Positions 10,530 to 20,000 of a DNA stretch of 20,000 nt are shown here, one piece after another; the stretch's first letter is position 1, and the number at the start of each line of letters is the position of its first letter. Both the position numbers and the translations under genes were made by a program. The notes beneath the pieces are model-generated. The model saw nothing but the letters and a program-made list of their open reading frames with translations, was not told where the DNA came from and searched no databases. This DNA is from Spongospora subterranea f. sp. subterranea (lineage: Eukaryota), in assembly GCA_049724395.1 (NCBI GenBank), contig JAUGWO010000023.1, positions 425,551 through 445,550 on the forward strand, in the 5' to 3' direction.

Positions 10530-11650
10530 GTGTTTATTTATGTCCCGGTCGTGGGCCAGTGTGTATTGTTGTGATTGACGTGTTCCCCTTTGTCGCGACA
10601 ACTGTGATTCTTTATTCTAGATTATGTCCCGGTCGTGGGCCAGTGTGTATTGTTGTGATTGACGTGTTCCACTTTGTCCCGACAACTGTGATTCTTTATT
10701 TAGATTATGTCCCGGTCGTGGGCCAGTGTGTATTTATGACGTGTTCCACTTTGTCCCGACAACTGGTCGTGTCCCGGTCTGCCCAGATTCTTTATTCTAG
10801 ATTATGTCCCGGTCGTGGGCCAGTGTGTATTTGTGATTGACGTGTTCCACTTTGTCCCGACAACTGTGATTCTTTATTCTAGATTATGTCCCGGTCGTGG
10901 GCCAGTGTGTATTGTTGTGATTGACGTGTTCCACTTTGTCCCGACAACTGTGATTCTTTATTCTAGATTATGTCCCGGTCGTGGGCCAGTGTGTATTGTT
11001 GTGATTGACGTGTTCCACTTTGTCCCGACAACTGTGATTCTTTATTCTAGATTATGTCCCGGTCGTGGGCCAGTGTGTATTGTTGTGATTGACGTGTTCC
11101 ACTTTGTCCCGACAACTGTGATTCTTTATTCTAGATTATGTCCCGGTCGTGGGCCAGTGTGTATTGTTGTGATTGACGTGTTCCACTTTGTCCCGACAAC
11201 TGTGATTCTTTATTCTAGATTATGTCCCGGTCGTGGGCCAGTGTGTATTGTTGTGATTGACGTGTTCCACTTTGTCCCGACAACTGTGATTCTTTATTCT
11301 AGATTATGTCCCGGTCGTGGGCCAGTGTGTATTGTTGTGATTGACGTGTTCCACTTTGTCCCGACAACTGTGATTCTTTATTCTAGATTATGTCCCGGTC
11401 GTGGGCCAGTGTGTATTGTTGTGATTGACGTGTTCCACTTTGTCCCGACAACTGTGATTCTTTATTCTAGATTATGTCCCGGTCGTGGGCCAGTGTGTAT
11501 TGTTGTGATTGACGTGTTCCACTTTGTCGACAACTGTGATTCTTTATTCTAGATTATGTCCCGGTCGTGTATTGTTGTGATTGACGTGTTCTTTATTCTA
11601 GATTATGTCCCGGTCGTGGGCCAGTGTGTATTGTTGTGATTGACGTGTTA
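10530..11650. repeat. Tandem minisatellite, 84-bp unit, about 13 copies
   Basis: Unit TCTTTATTCTAGATTATGTCCCGGTCGTGGGCCAGTGTGTATTGTTGTGATTGACGTGTTCCACTTTGTCCCGACAACTGTGAT. Near-perfect copies from about 10870 to 11530, with truncated or variant copies at both edges. Confidence 0.97.
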
Positions 11651-11794
11651 TTGTCGCCGATTAGTATCTCAGACTTTCCTGTATTGTCGCCCACTCCTCA
11701 AGTCATTTGTTTTTCGAGCGGCTTCATCAGCAGTGGTTTTGGAACGCCTAACCCTCTTCATCTAGACGTCTCTTTTTTATTCCTCTGATTCAAT

Positions 11795-13197
11795 ATGCTA
11801 TCGCTTCGATGGTTTTTTTTTGTATTTATGATGATGGGGGCCGCACAGGCCGCCACAGGTATCATGCGTCGTGATGATGATGATGATAATACGGCCACGA
11901 CCACAACCTGTGTGTTAACCGTTCCAGAACTTCCATCTACTTCCAAGGCTTTAGGAACTCCATGGATGGTTCGTATACAAATACCTTTTCGTCTTAAATC
12001 ATGCCATTTTGACCAGGGATATTGAGCTGACATATATTATTCATAGGTTAGCCTAACCCTCTCATCTAGGTTAGCGGATGTAATCAATATGATCCCAAAC
12101 AGACCACGTTTGTCGAGGCGGTTATCTATGATCCAGCAGCAAAATCCTTCTCTGTCTATTCGCCGTTGGTTATCGATGCATCGACTAAGGTGGGCGTGAC
12201 TCCCACTCCCCCAGTCATACCAAACGGGGCCATCGTCGGTCTCTGGATGTCATCCAACAATGGACGTCTTCAGCTAAATGGGACCACACCGACCACATTA
12301 GCCAATAATCATTGCGTTAATGGCCTAGGCAACTCTTTGTTTGGATCGATTGCATATTGCAATGCGGTGGAATTCTTTGCTGCTGCGAAAGTCACGATGC
12401 CAAAGTTGATAACGGCGGCCGATGGCGGTCTATGTGTCACGACTCGAGATTTCGTCATGACGGACAAAGATCAAAGTGATAACGTCTACACAACGTATCT
12501 GATTGATACTGCGGCAAAGACAATCGCTCAAAATACCGCCTCAAATCGTGAAAAGATGACCAGCGCGGTTGTGGTCGCCAACGGTGACGATACGACCTTC
12601 TTGCAGACGATGTTCGTGACGCTGAAATGCCCACAAAACATGGCGACATCTTTAACCGAATTGGGTCAAATGGTGCCAGCATTGGCCCTTGATGAACTGC
12701 AAGGTACAACAATAGCTCAACCGCCGGTCGCTATTGTACCAGATATTAACCCGGATACGTTGGTTGATGGTCAGCAAAGTCTAGAAAAACGGAACCTCTA
12801 TCGTCTTGGCGTCGATCAATCGATCAATTTTACCGGAGATGGGGCAGAATACTGTCGACACTACGTCACTATTGGAACAGCGCGAATGCTTCAGATGAAA
12901 TCGATCGCGTTGATGACACCCCCTCCAGATCCGACCGTTGCCGACTCATTGCACACTTTCCAGTGCCGCAAATTCATCTCGTCATTCGAGGTTATGAAAT
13001 GTGCCGATCGTCTCAATATCGTTAATCCTGTTATGGTTAATACAACCCAAGGTGGTGTTGTCAATCATTGTACGATCAAAAATGATAACGGTGTTGGTGG
13101 TGGGGGTAGCCAAGCCGTTGCAAGTGCTTCAACCGACTCGTTCAGTATCTTATCAGTGTTGATGATATTGACGATCTCTGTAGTATTCACGATATGA
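11795..13197 (+). CDS. Secreted, probably GPI-anchored, cysteine-rich uncharacterised protein, about 433 aa, 2 exons
   Basis: Exon 11795-11968, intron 11969-12069 (GTTCGT...CTAAC...CTAG), exon 12070-13197 in frame. N-terminal signal peptide MLSLRWFFFVFMMMGAAQA, 10 Cys, and a C-terminal GGGGSQAVASAS followed by a hydrophobic tail FSILSVLMILTISVVFTI that ends the protein. Confidence 0.85.
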
Positions 13198-13601
13198 TGA
13201 TGGTCCCTTTCTCTCTCCTCTCGCTCTTGCTCACCGTTCACTATACATATTGTACTGCCTTCCTCTATATTTCAATAGATAGGGCTCCATATAAACTGAA
13301 ACTGTTTTTGTTGTTTATTTGAATTGACAGCAGAAATGAGAAATCGAAAAAGGAAGCTGTGGATAACAGTGAGGAGTATGTACTGCAACTGGATGGGCTA
13401 ATGAGCGCCCATATGACAGCAAATGGATTCTCAGATCCCGATCTCAACTATATCACGTCTGTGGTTCAGTTGCTGCGGGGGGTTGGCGACGTGATGAACA
13501 ATTAGGTCGAATGGGGTTCCCATACGGCTTGCACCGGTTAGCCACCGACTTGCTCGACCCGTCCCTAGATCAAGACACAAGATCGGCTCTGTGTTTCTAA
13601 T

Positions 13602-13828
13602 CATGAGATCACTACGAAGCTGCTGGAGAATGTTGCCTTAAACGGCAATACGTTTTTTCCCGCAGCGATCTTGGATCGGCGTACCAATTCAGTGAATGGT
13701 ACTGTAAACCAGAACTTCTGGTTCACTGGCGTGGTTTTGAAGTTTCCGATGCTCCCTGGGATCCGCACGAAATAATCGCCGAAGATGATCAAGATATGGC
13801 TCAAGCCTTTTTTTCACCGCTGCCATAA
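13602..13828 (+). pseudogene. Relic of a chromovirus integrase C-terminus and chromodomain
   Basis: HEITTKLLENVALNGNTFFPAAILDRRTNSVNG, then after a frameshift ELLVHWRGFEVSDAPWDPHEIIAED. It aligns by eye with the chromodomain region at 17345-17600. Confidence 0.7.
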
Positions 13829-13932
13829 TTACGTTGAACTTGACTTTCGGCATCACGCGTCTGTTTGTCGACCGCGAGTATCTGACTCTGGCGTGCAGGC
13901 GTCGTGTAGCACACGCCCTGACTCGAACACAC

Positions 13933-14106
13933 CTTTTGCAGAAACACACCCGTGTCATGCCAAACGGCCAGGATCGGAAAGAAACCTCAGCTGAGCGCTG
14001 TGTATGGAATATCTTTCCATGTGCTTCAATCCCATTCCGTTTCTGGCTGTTTTCCTTTCTTTGAAACCTCGCCGTTTGGCATTGTACGTGTGTGCTTCTG
14101 CAAAAG
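13933..14106. mobile_element. MITE-like foldback element, about 175 bp
   Basis: Inverted arms at 13933-13968 (CTTTTGCAGAAACACACCCGTGTCATGCCAAACGGC) and 14071-14106 (reverse complement CTTTTGCAGAAGCACACACGTACAATGCCAAACGGC), 31/36 identical. No clean TSD. Confidence 0.6.
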
Positions 14107-15789
14107 TGTCTTAAATCTCGCAAGTTATCAATCAGCGATCTGAGCTTGCTTTCATTGGGCGCGATTTATACTAAATAAATTCGGCCAGTGACATGCGCCT
14201 TTTTCTGTAGGCCAACAGGTACTTGGCTTGCTGAACACGGTACAGCTCTAATCGCCCTCAATTGCGGCTTCGCATGCACACAAACACAAATTCTACAGCG
14301 TGACTACCAATCTCAAAGTCTTCTTTCATACAACAAACTTGTGGTCAACTCCAAAAGCCGAGTCAAAACATCCACCAAAGGGAGAATTTGAATAAGCGGT
14401 TGGCATCACTTCGTAAGGAGGTATTTGGGCTGGCGATCGGCTGGTCACTTTATCTGACCAGTTCGAAATAGGAGATATTTTTGTTTTTTGTGAAGATGTT
14501 ATCATGGACCTCTGATATCTGGAAATCATTTGACGGAAGAAGCGTCCTCTCATATTTTGTTCATGACGTTGAATCAGCAATCGATTGAGCCTTAAATCAA
14601 CAGCAATTGTACAGCGTTGGTCTCATGCAAATGTTGTATGGGTTTTCTGCAGAGCAGGAGTTTCACATTATCCACATGATGGACACCGTGTTTCCGAAAC
14701 ATCCATCCCATATCACCAACCCGTATACCGAGCTTTCCAATTCTAAACCTTCTGTTTCCAAGTGGCGATAGTGGACAAAATTCGAAAGCCAAGGCTGACA
14801 GACAAACCGAGTATGTGCGGCTTTAGAAGCTGAAAATCAGGATTACACGTGACGATGCTGATTTCAGCGTTCGTTGGTCATAAATTGAGCCTTTAGCGGC
14901 CTCTCTTGATGCTCTTCGATGTAAGAGCGACGTGTGGCGTCTTTGGACCTTAGACCGTTGAGTACCAGCCACGATTACCTATCCGACGGCACACCTTGGA
15001 CGGCCTGGAACATTGTCCTGAATCAACTTCGTGCAAAACACTGCAAATGATTAATATTGAGCCCGAATCAAAGCCTGTTGTCAACGATAAATTCCCACGA
15101 GAAACTAGAAAATTGCCGCAAATGACTGTTGGTCGGGCTGACAAGACAATGCGACCCGTCGTCATCTAGTTAATTTGTAGGTGATTGCAAATTTTGGCAG
15201 ATTGTTAACAAACCGTGAACGCGCCTTTTATGGCTAACCGATTCAAAAAACGCATTTTGCTGTTGTGAATGGTTGGGCCGTCCTGTGAGAATGGTGTGCC
15301 CAGATACGATCAACCTATGAACCAGGCATCGGTTAAGGCGACCTCGGCAATGGGACTCGGAGGACACAATCGATTGCCGTCTTCAGCGATCGGCTGGTCC
15401 CAGTCGACTCGGGTTTGCCGAAGGTCGCGATTCAAACTCTGATCCCGACACATCCTGTCGTGAATATCATCCGACCGGATCATCGCGACCTTCGCCTGCA
15501 TCACCCAGAATATCCAGCCAACGCTGCACAAGCTTCTAACTTCCCAGAATCGGAACAGAATCACACCCGATTCTAATGATTATTTCCAATCTCTCACCGT
15601 TTATCTCAATACCATCTCTCCTTGCATGTTTCTGTAGATCTGGTTGTTTTCGATGTCGGTTCGTGCTGTGGGTTTCTCCGTTTTCGGCGCTGTCCATTTG
15701 CGTCTCCCGATATTTTCAACAACAATCGCGTCGCCCTTCAACGGGGGTGTTTGCTGACGGTGACAAGTTGGGCCATGTTCCAGTAGTTT

Positions 15790-16700
15790 CGCCATGTTCC
15801 AGTTCCTGTTGGAATGGGCCGATGTTGACGTCAAAGGCGGCGCTCGGCCGAACTTCCTTGACGGTCGCCAGCGGGTGCAAAAATCGGGACGATCGCAACT
15901 GTGCCGATTTGAGCGGCATTAGCCCATTGATAAATGATGCAAGGATCGCGTTTCCTCACAATCATTGTGATTTTGGAACTGGCCCGTTCCTGTTCCACAG
16001 GTCGTTGGGAATTTCAAATATCTGGTCGAAGCGGGAGCCCGCCACGATTAAGTCGATCACAACGGAGACCGGCGTTGATCCTGGCCCTGATTGATCGACA
16101 ATTGCGAGTAAGGTCGTCGGTGAACGAAGTCGCATCAAGCGTTGATCACTTGTATCAGTGTTGGTATCGGGGAACTGCTGCTGGACAATGGCGCCAATGT
16201 CAACGCCGCCGACATCAGAGGAAGGACCGCCCCTTCATGTTCGCTGCGAAATCGGGGGAAGGTATTTTTCGACAACGATTTTGTTGATCACCAGAGTCTC
16301 ATTTTGTCTCACTCTGCTAGATTTTACCTGTAAACGCGTTGTTGCGCTAATTCTCGGTTTTCCAATGTGTTCAGATATGAGTGTTTGATATATCGTCACC
16401 CTAAAATACACTTTTCATGATCATTTATGGATTATGTTCTTGTTGTTATTGTTGTGAATTTTCGTTCTGATTTTATCGTCTATGTCGGTTGTACCTTGAC
16501 CCTATATAGTATATTGGCCATATCGCCACACACTGGACCGTGTGTTGTCTCGATCTCGGGGCAGCGCCGCTCTCGTCGTCCATGGCTAGGTTTCTCAGAT
16601 TTACGTGAATAGGAGTGGGTGGATCCAATCGCTACTGGATCGCGGCGCCAATGTCCAATCGGCGTTGGATCTCGCCTGTCGATACCGTGAACTGATTTAT
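15790..16700 (+). pseudogene. Degenerate ankyrin-repeat gene
   Basis: Ankyrin-like fragments in shifting frames: AMFQFLLEWADVDVK/LGRTSLTVAS (about 15790-15880), GELLLDNGANVNAADIRGRTA/FMFAAKSG (about 16165-16260) and IQSLLDRGANVQSALDLAC (about 16623-16680). Confidence 0.7.
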
Positions 16701-17179
16701 GTGCCCCCCGAGAGCTGTAGCAATTCCGGTCGTTGGTCGACGTCGACCACCCGTTCGATTGCGCCAGGATTCATGGGTTGTTGTTGTGTTGTTCATGGCG
16801 AGAGACAGATCGAGAAACGGCCTGAGGAGATGGGCGGGAGAACGGTTGTCGCTTGTGCGATCAACGTCGATTATCTGTCGACGCTGACTGTAGTCGCAGG
16901 AACGATTTGCTGTCTGAGCGAATCTGGCGCCTTGATTGAGAATAACATCAGCGAACGACTAACGCGCGCCAAAGTGGTTGAAAAATCGCGAATATTGACA
17001 ATGGATGACGAGTTGGGGAATCATTGACCAACACAAACATAACCAGATGAGTCGGGTTCGACGACACTCTCTGCCACATTGCCCGGTTTTTCACACTCCG
17101 GAGTACAAAGCTCCCTGACCATTATCCCGACCAGCTATAGAGGAATTATGGAATGGAGTATTTTCTTGACAACCGGTTA

Positions 17180-17315
17180 TGCTACGTCCCCATTGGAGGG
17201 CAAGGACGGACCAGAGAGAGAGAGAGAGGAAAAGAAGAGAGAGAGGACTTTATTAAAGAAGATTTTCAAAGAGATCATGAGTACAGTACTCTGTAGTGCA
17301 GTACATTCCCCTTTC
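17180..17315 (-). repeat. Polypurine tract and putative 3' LTR
   Basis: On the - strand, GAAAGGGGAA (17315-17306) directly precedes TGTACTG (17305). AATAAA at about 17250, a (CT)n tract, and a possible ...GTAGCA end at 17180. The LTR end is tentative because no second LTR is in the window. Confidence 0.55.
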
Positions 17316-19800
17316 AGAAAAAGAAATCTAGTGAAAGAAATCTAGACTGGTAACTCTTTTACCAGATGATGGTCAGAATTATCTGACAAAAACTGTTGTA
17401 CTACAGTAGGAATATCCTCCAGCATTGTATCAAAAGGTTCCCAAGTGGCGTCAGTGGTTTCAAAACCACTTTACTGGATGAGGAGGTCCAGTTGTCCAGA
17501 CTCTGGATTGCGACGAATGTCGATAATGCTTGCCACTTCGAATTTGGTGGAGGATGTTAGTCCGATATTATCCAGAAGAGCTGTTGTAACCTGTAAGTCA
17601 CGATCGCAGTAGTATTTCAAACGTTGAGCGTGGATTTCAGTTCGCTCGCCGGTGATTAGAAATTCCACACGGTATATGTGGTCGTTGATCATACCAATAA
17701 TACGTGCAGGTCCGAGCCAATTAAACACGGTTTTATGTGAAAACCGCTTGATATTGGAGGCGACGACACGTAGTCGCCAATTGTGAAATTGATTGGCTTA
17801 GTGCGAGCATCCTTGGAGCGGGACCGATGTTGTTGTGCACGCTGTTTGGATAAACGACCAGCGACTTGTTGATGGATGGCGTCAATCGACGATGCGAGTT
17901 GAGCCGTTAGTGACTGAATACGACCAGGAGTTACTGGGATGATAGCGGTCTTGGACTGGCTAGCCTGATCCATGCGAATCTGATTGAATCTCGACGTAAA
18001 ATCGACCTTTGATAAGTGGGACTTTCCCTGTAGTTGATCTAATAGGTCTGGAATTATCGATAATGGACCATTGTCCCGCACCGTCACCTTATTCAACCTG
18101 CGATAATCACCACAAATTCGTTTAGTCCCATCAGGCTAAGCAACCAAGGTCACTGGGGAAGCCCATGGCGACTTCGATGGCACCAGGTTCCCAGTCGCTA
18201 ATTGTTCGCCAAGATAAATATTGATAATAAGTCCCAGGTCTGCTGGAGAAGTCCGATAAGGTGGTGATCGGACAGGAAGAGCACCTTCAGTATCAATAAC
18301 AAACTGACTCCCGACAATGCACCGGATGCGTCATTACTAAAATATCACAAAACTCCTCATCACTTCCGCCAATGGTCGGTTCATCACTTGGCCTTGGTCT
18401 GACGTTCGATAACTTCCTGCCCAGCGGATGGATTCGAACAAGAGGAAATTCGACACCCGATATATAAGCCCTTATCACCGATCGGGACAGAATGATATCG
18501 AAACTATGGTCTTCGAAAAATGGTAAGCTAAGGACTACTGGATAATTTACAACGAAAGTACGCTGAAATTCTTGTTGCCCAGACTGGTTTTCCATTGCAA
18601 TTTTCCTGCGGATTCTTCCCATCGCTGGAATTTCCTTGTTATCTAAACCGCTTGCCATGATCGGTGGCCCTTCCTTGCGATATAATCTCCTCCTCTGCTC
18701 GTTGTCAACTCATCCGACCGGATGAAACAATCAGAGACTCTCAGGTCGGCGAGTGCCTGAATGTGATCACTATCAGAGTCGAAAATGATGCCCAACAACA
18801 TCAGAGCTCGTCTCCTGCCGATTGTAGAATCGCCAACTGGTTAAACCGGACATTCACCAGAAACCGCCGTTTCGCCTGAAGGTAATCGTCACAATCAATC
18901 CGCCGATGACTCTTGTCCCCACAAAAGATGAGCACACCGGGGTTCATCACTGGTCGATCCCTATGCATTTCGCCTCTTGCCGATGACTGATGACGTGTGT
19001 TATCTGGTAAGTGTCGCTGAATTTGTTGAATAACCTGGCGCTGGATTGGTTCAACGTTTTTTACAAACGCCATGGGTGGAGATCTACTCGACATCGCGAA
19101 AACGAGATGACATTCGATTGGCAATGTCGTTGTCGCGTACTGAGCTGATTTTCATACGAGTGACCCTAGATTTCATTCGACAAGGTATCATCAACGGGTA
19201 TCGTCACAATTTCGGATCAGTAAAATGCCCGCCGGCACCTTGCAGATCAAGAGCCATTAGGCAGCGGTTGCTGGTGCGCGTCGGTAAAATGAGCAACGCA
19301 ATCGCGATTAGAAGATCGGTTTTCACTCGTTGACTCAACCTTGGCGTAATCGCAAGATGGCGCCCTGTTGATTACTTACCAACTTACCGAACTTATGTCA
19401 AATCTGGCGCTGATTTGGCCTTGGTGGGAATAGAGAATGCCGTCATCAATGGGCAGATCAGTCGCGTCTGGCAAAAGTTCCAGTACCACTGAATCTGAAA
19501 ATTTGACGTGATATTTGGTGTCGTTGATAGGCTTCTTAAAAATTCCAGATGCATGGGCACAGACGCCAGACTGCAAAAATTGCTTGTGTGAATCTGCAGC
19601 TTATTGTGCTTTGCGCAGCCGATCTTTCAAAGACGACCACGTCTTCACCAAATGATGGTCGAAACAGGGAGTCCTTGTACACAACTTTAAGAGCACCATC
19701 TTCAACAGCCTAGATTGTGGGAATCGACCATTGGTGCAATGTAGCAGTCGTTGTGCCCAATTGTCGCTTTCGAACACGTGTAAAATCGACACGGCCATGG
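17180..19800 (-). mobile_element. Ty3/Gypsy chromovirus LTR retrotransposon, internally deleted and decayed
   Basis: Order on the - strand: weak gag-like KTWSSLKDRL (about 19620-19650); zinc knuckle (C)IFCGDKSHRRIDC (about 18890-18935); protease-like FDIILSR (about 18480-18510); RT start IDTEGALPVRSPPYR..SPWASPVTLVA*PDG..RICGDYRRLNKVT..KTAII (18297-17940); integrase C-terminus WLGPARI..IHAQRLKYY; chromodomain LLIQ*SGFETTDATWEP; then PPT and LTR. The upstream boundary is uncertain. Confidence 0.88.
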
Positions 19801-20000
19801 TAGCGGTGCCGGCATCGTTGCATTATCTTCTCTTGCAACGATCGACCATGAAGATCACCAAAGATACGATCGCTGTTGACAACCTGCACAATCTGCTTGT
19901 TCGAACTGGGGAATCCTGACTCCAGCGAATCTCTTGCACGGCTGCTGCAGCCCAGATCGCAATAGGGCATGTAGTTGACAGAAGCATCAGACCTCGTTAG

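Noticed and set aside
10412..11552. Repeat protein of 28-aa units (ORFs 10412-10840 and 10815-11552)
   Set aside because: Edge copies carry frame-breaking indels, core copies show no synonymous variation, and no domain is recognisable. One open frame in an 84-bp unit is not unlikely by chance.
8936..11650. CRISPR array
   Set aside because: Units are head-to-tail with no unique spacers, there are no cas genes, and the context is eukaryotic.
11747..12060. CTAACCCT as a telomeric repeat
   Set aside because: Only isolated single copies, better explained as CTAAC branch points.
13330..13506. Short exon-like open stretch (NEKSKKEAVDNSEEY…)
   Set aside because: No start codon context or upstream exon could be linked, and there is no recognisable family.

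Overview
Eukaryotic genomic DNA with GT-AG spliceosomal introns, many of them 57-67 nt. The organism cannot be identified from the sequence; a protist such as a plasmodiophorid or oomycete-like lineage is a guess. Left to right: (1) a multi-exon + strand gene entering from upstream, encoding two UBZ-type zinc fingers and an MgsA/RarA-C-like helical domain, with two apparent frameshifts; (2) an intact 4-exon Aha1 N-domain (Hsp90 co-chaperone) gene; (3) a decayed 1.74 kb DD39D-type mariner with Stowaway-like TIRs and a TA target duplication; (4) a dual-specificity phosphatase gene on the - strand; (5) two adjacent minisatellites (about 24 x 50 bp and about 13 x 84 bp) joined by a scrambled hybrid of both units, lying between divergent genes; (6) a 2-exon gene for a secreted, probably GPI-anchored, Cys-rich protein; (7) a decayed right third with a chromodomain relic, a MITE-like foldback, an ankyrin-repeat pseudogene and an internally deleted Ty3/Gypsy chromovirus. 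There is no CRISPR array, rRNA or tRNA. I found no convincing new multi-gene system. The best leads are the two uncharacterised proteins and the possible splicing or promoter role of the repeat arrays.
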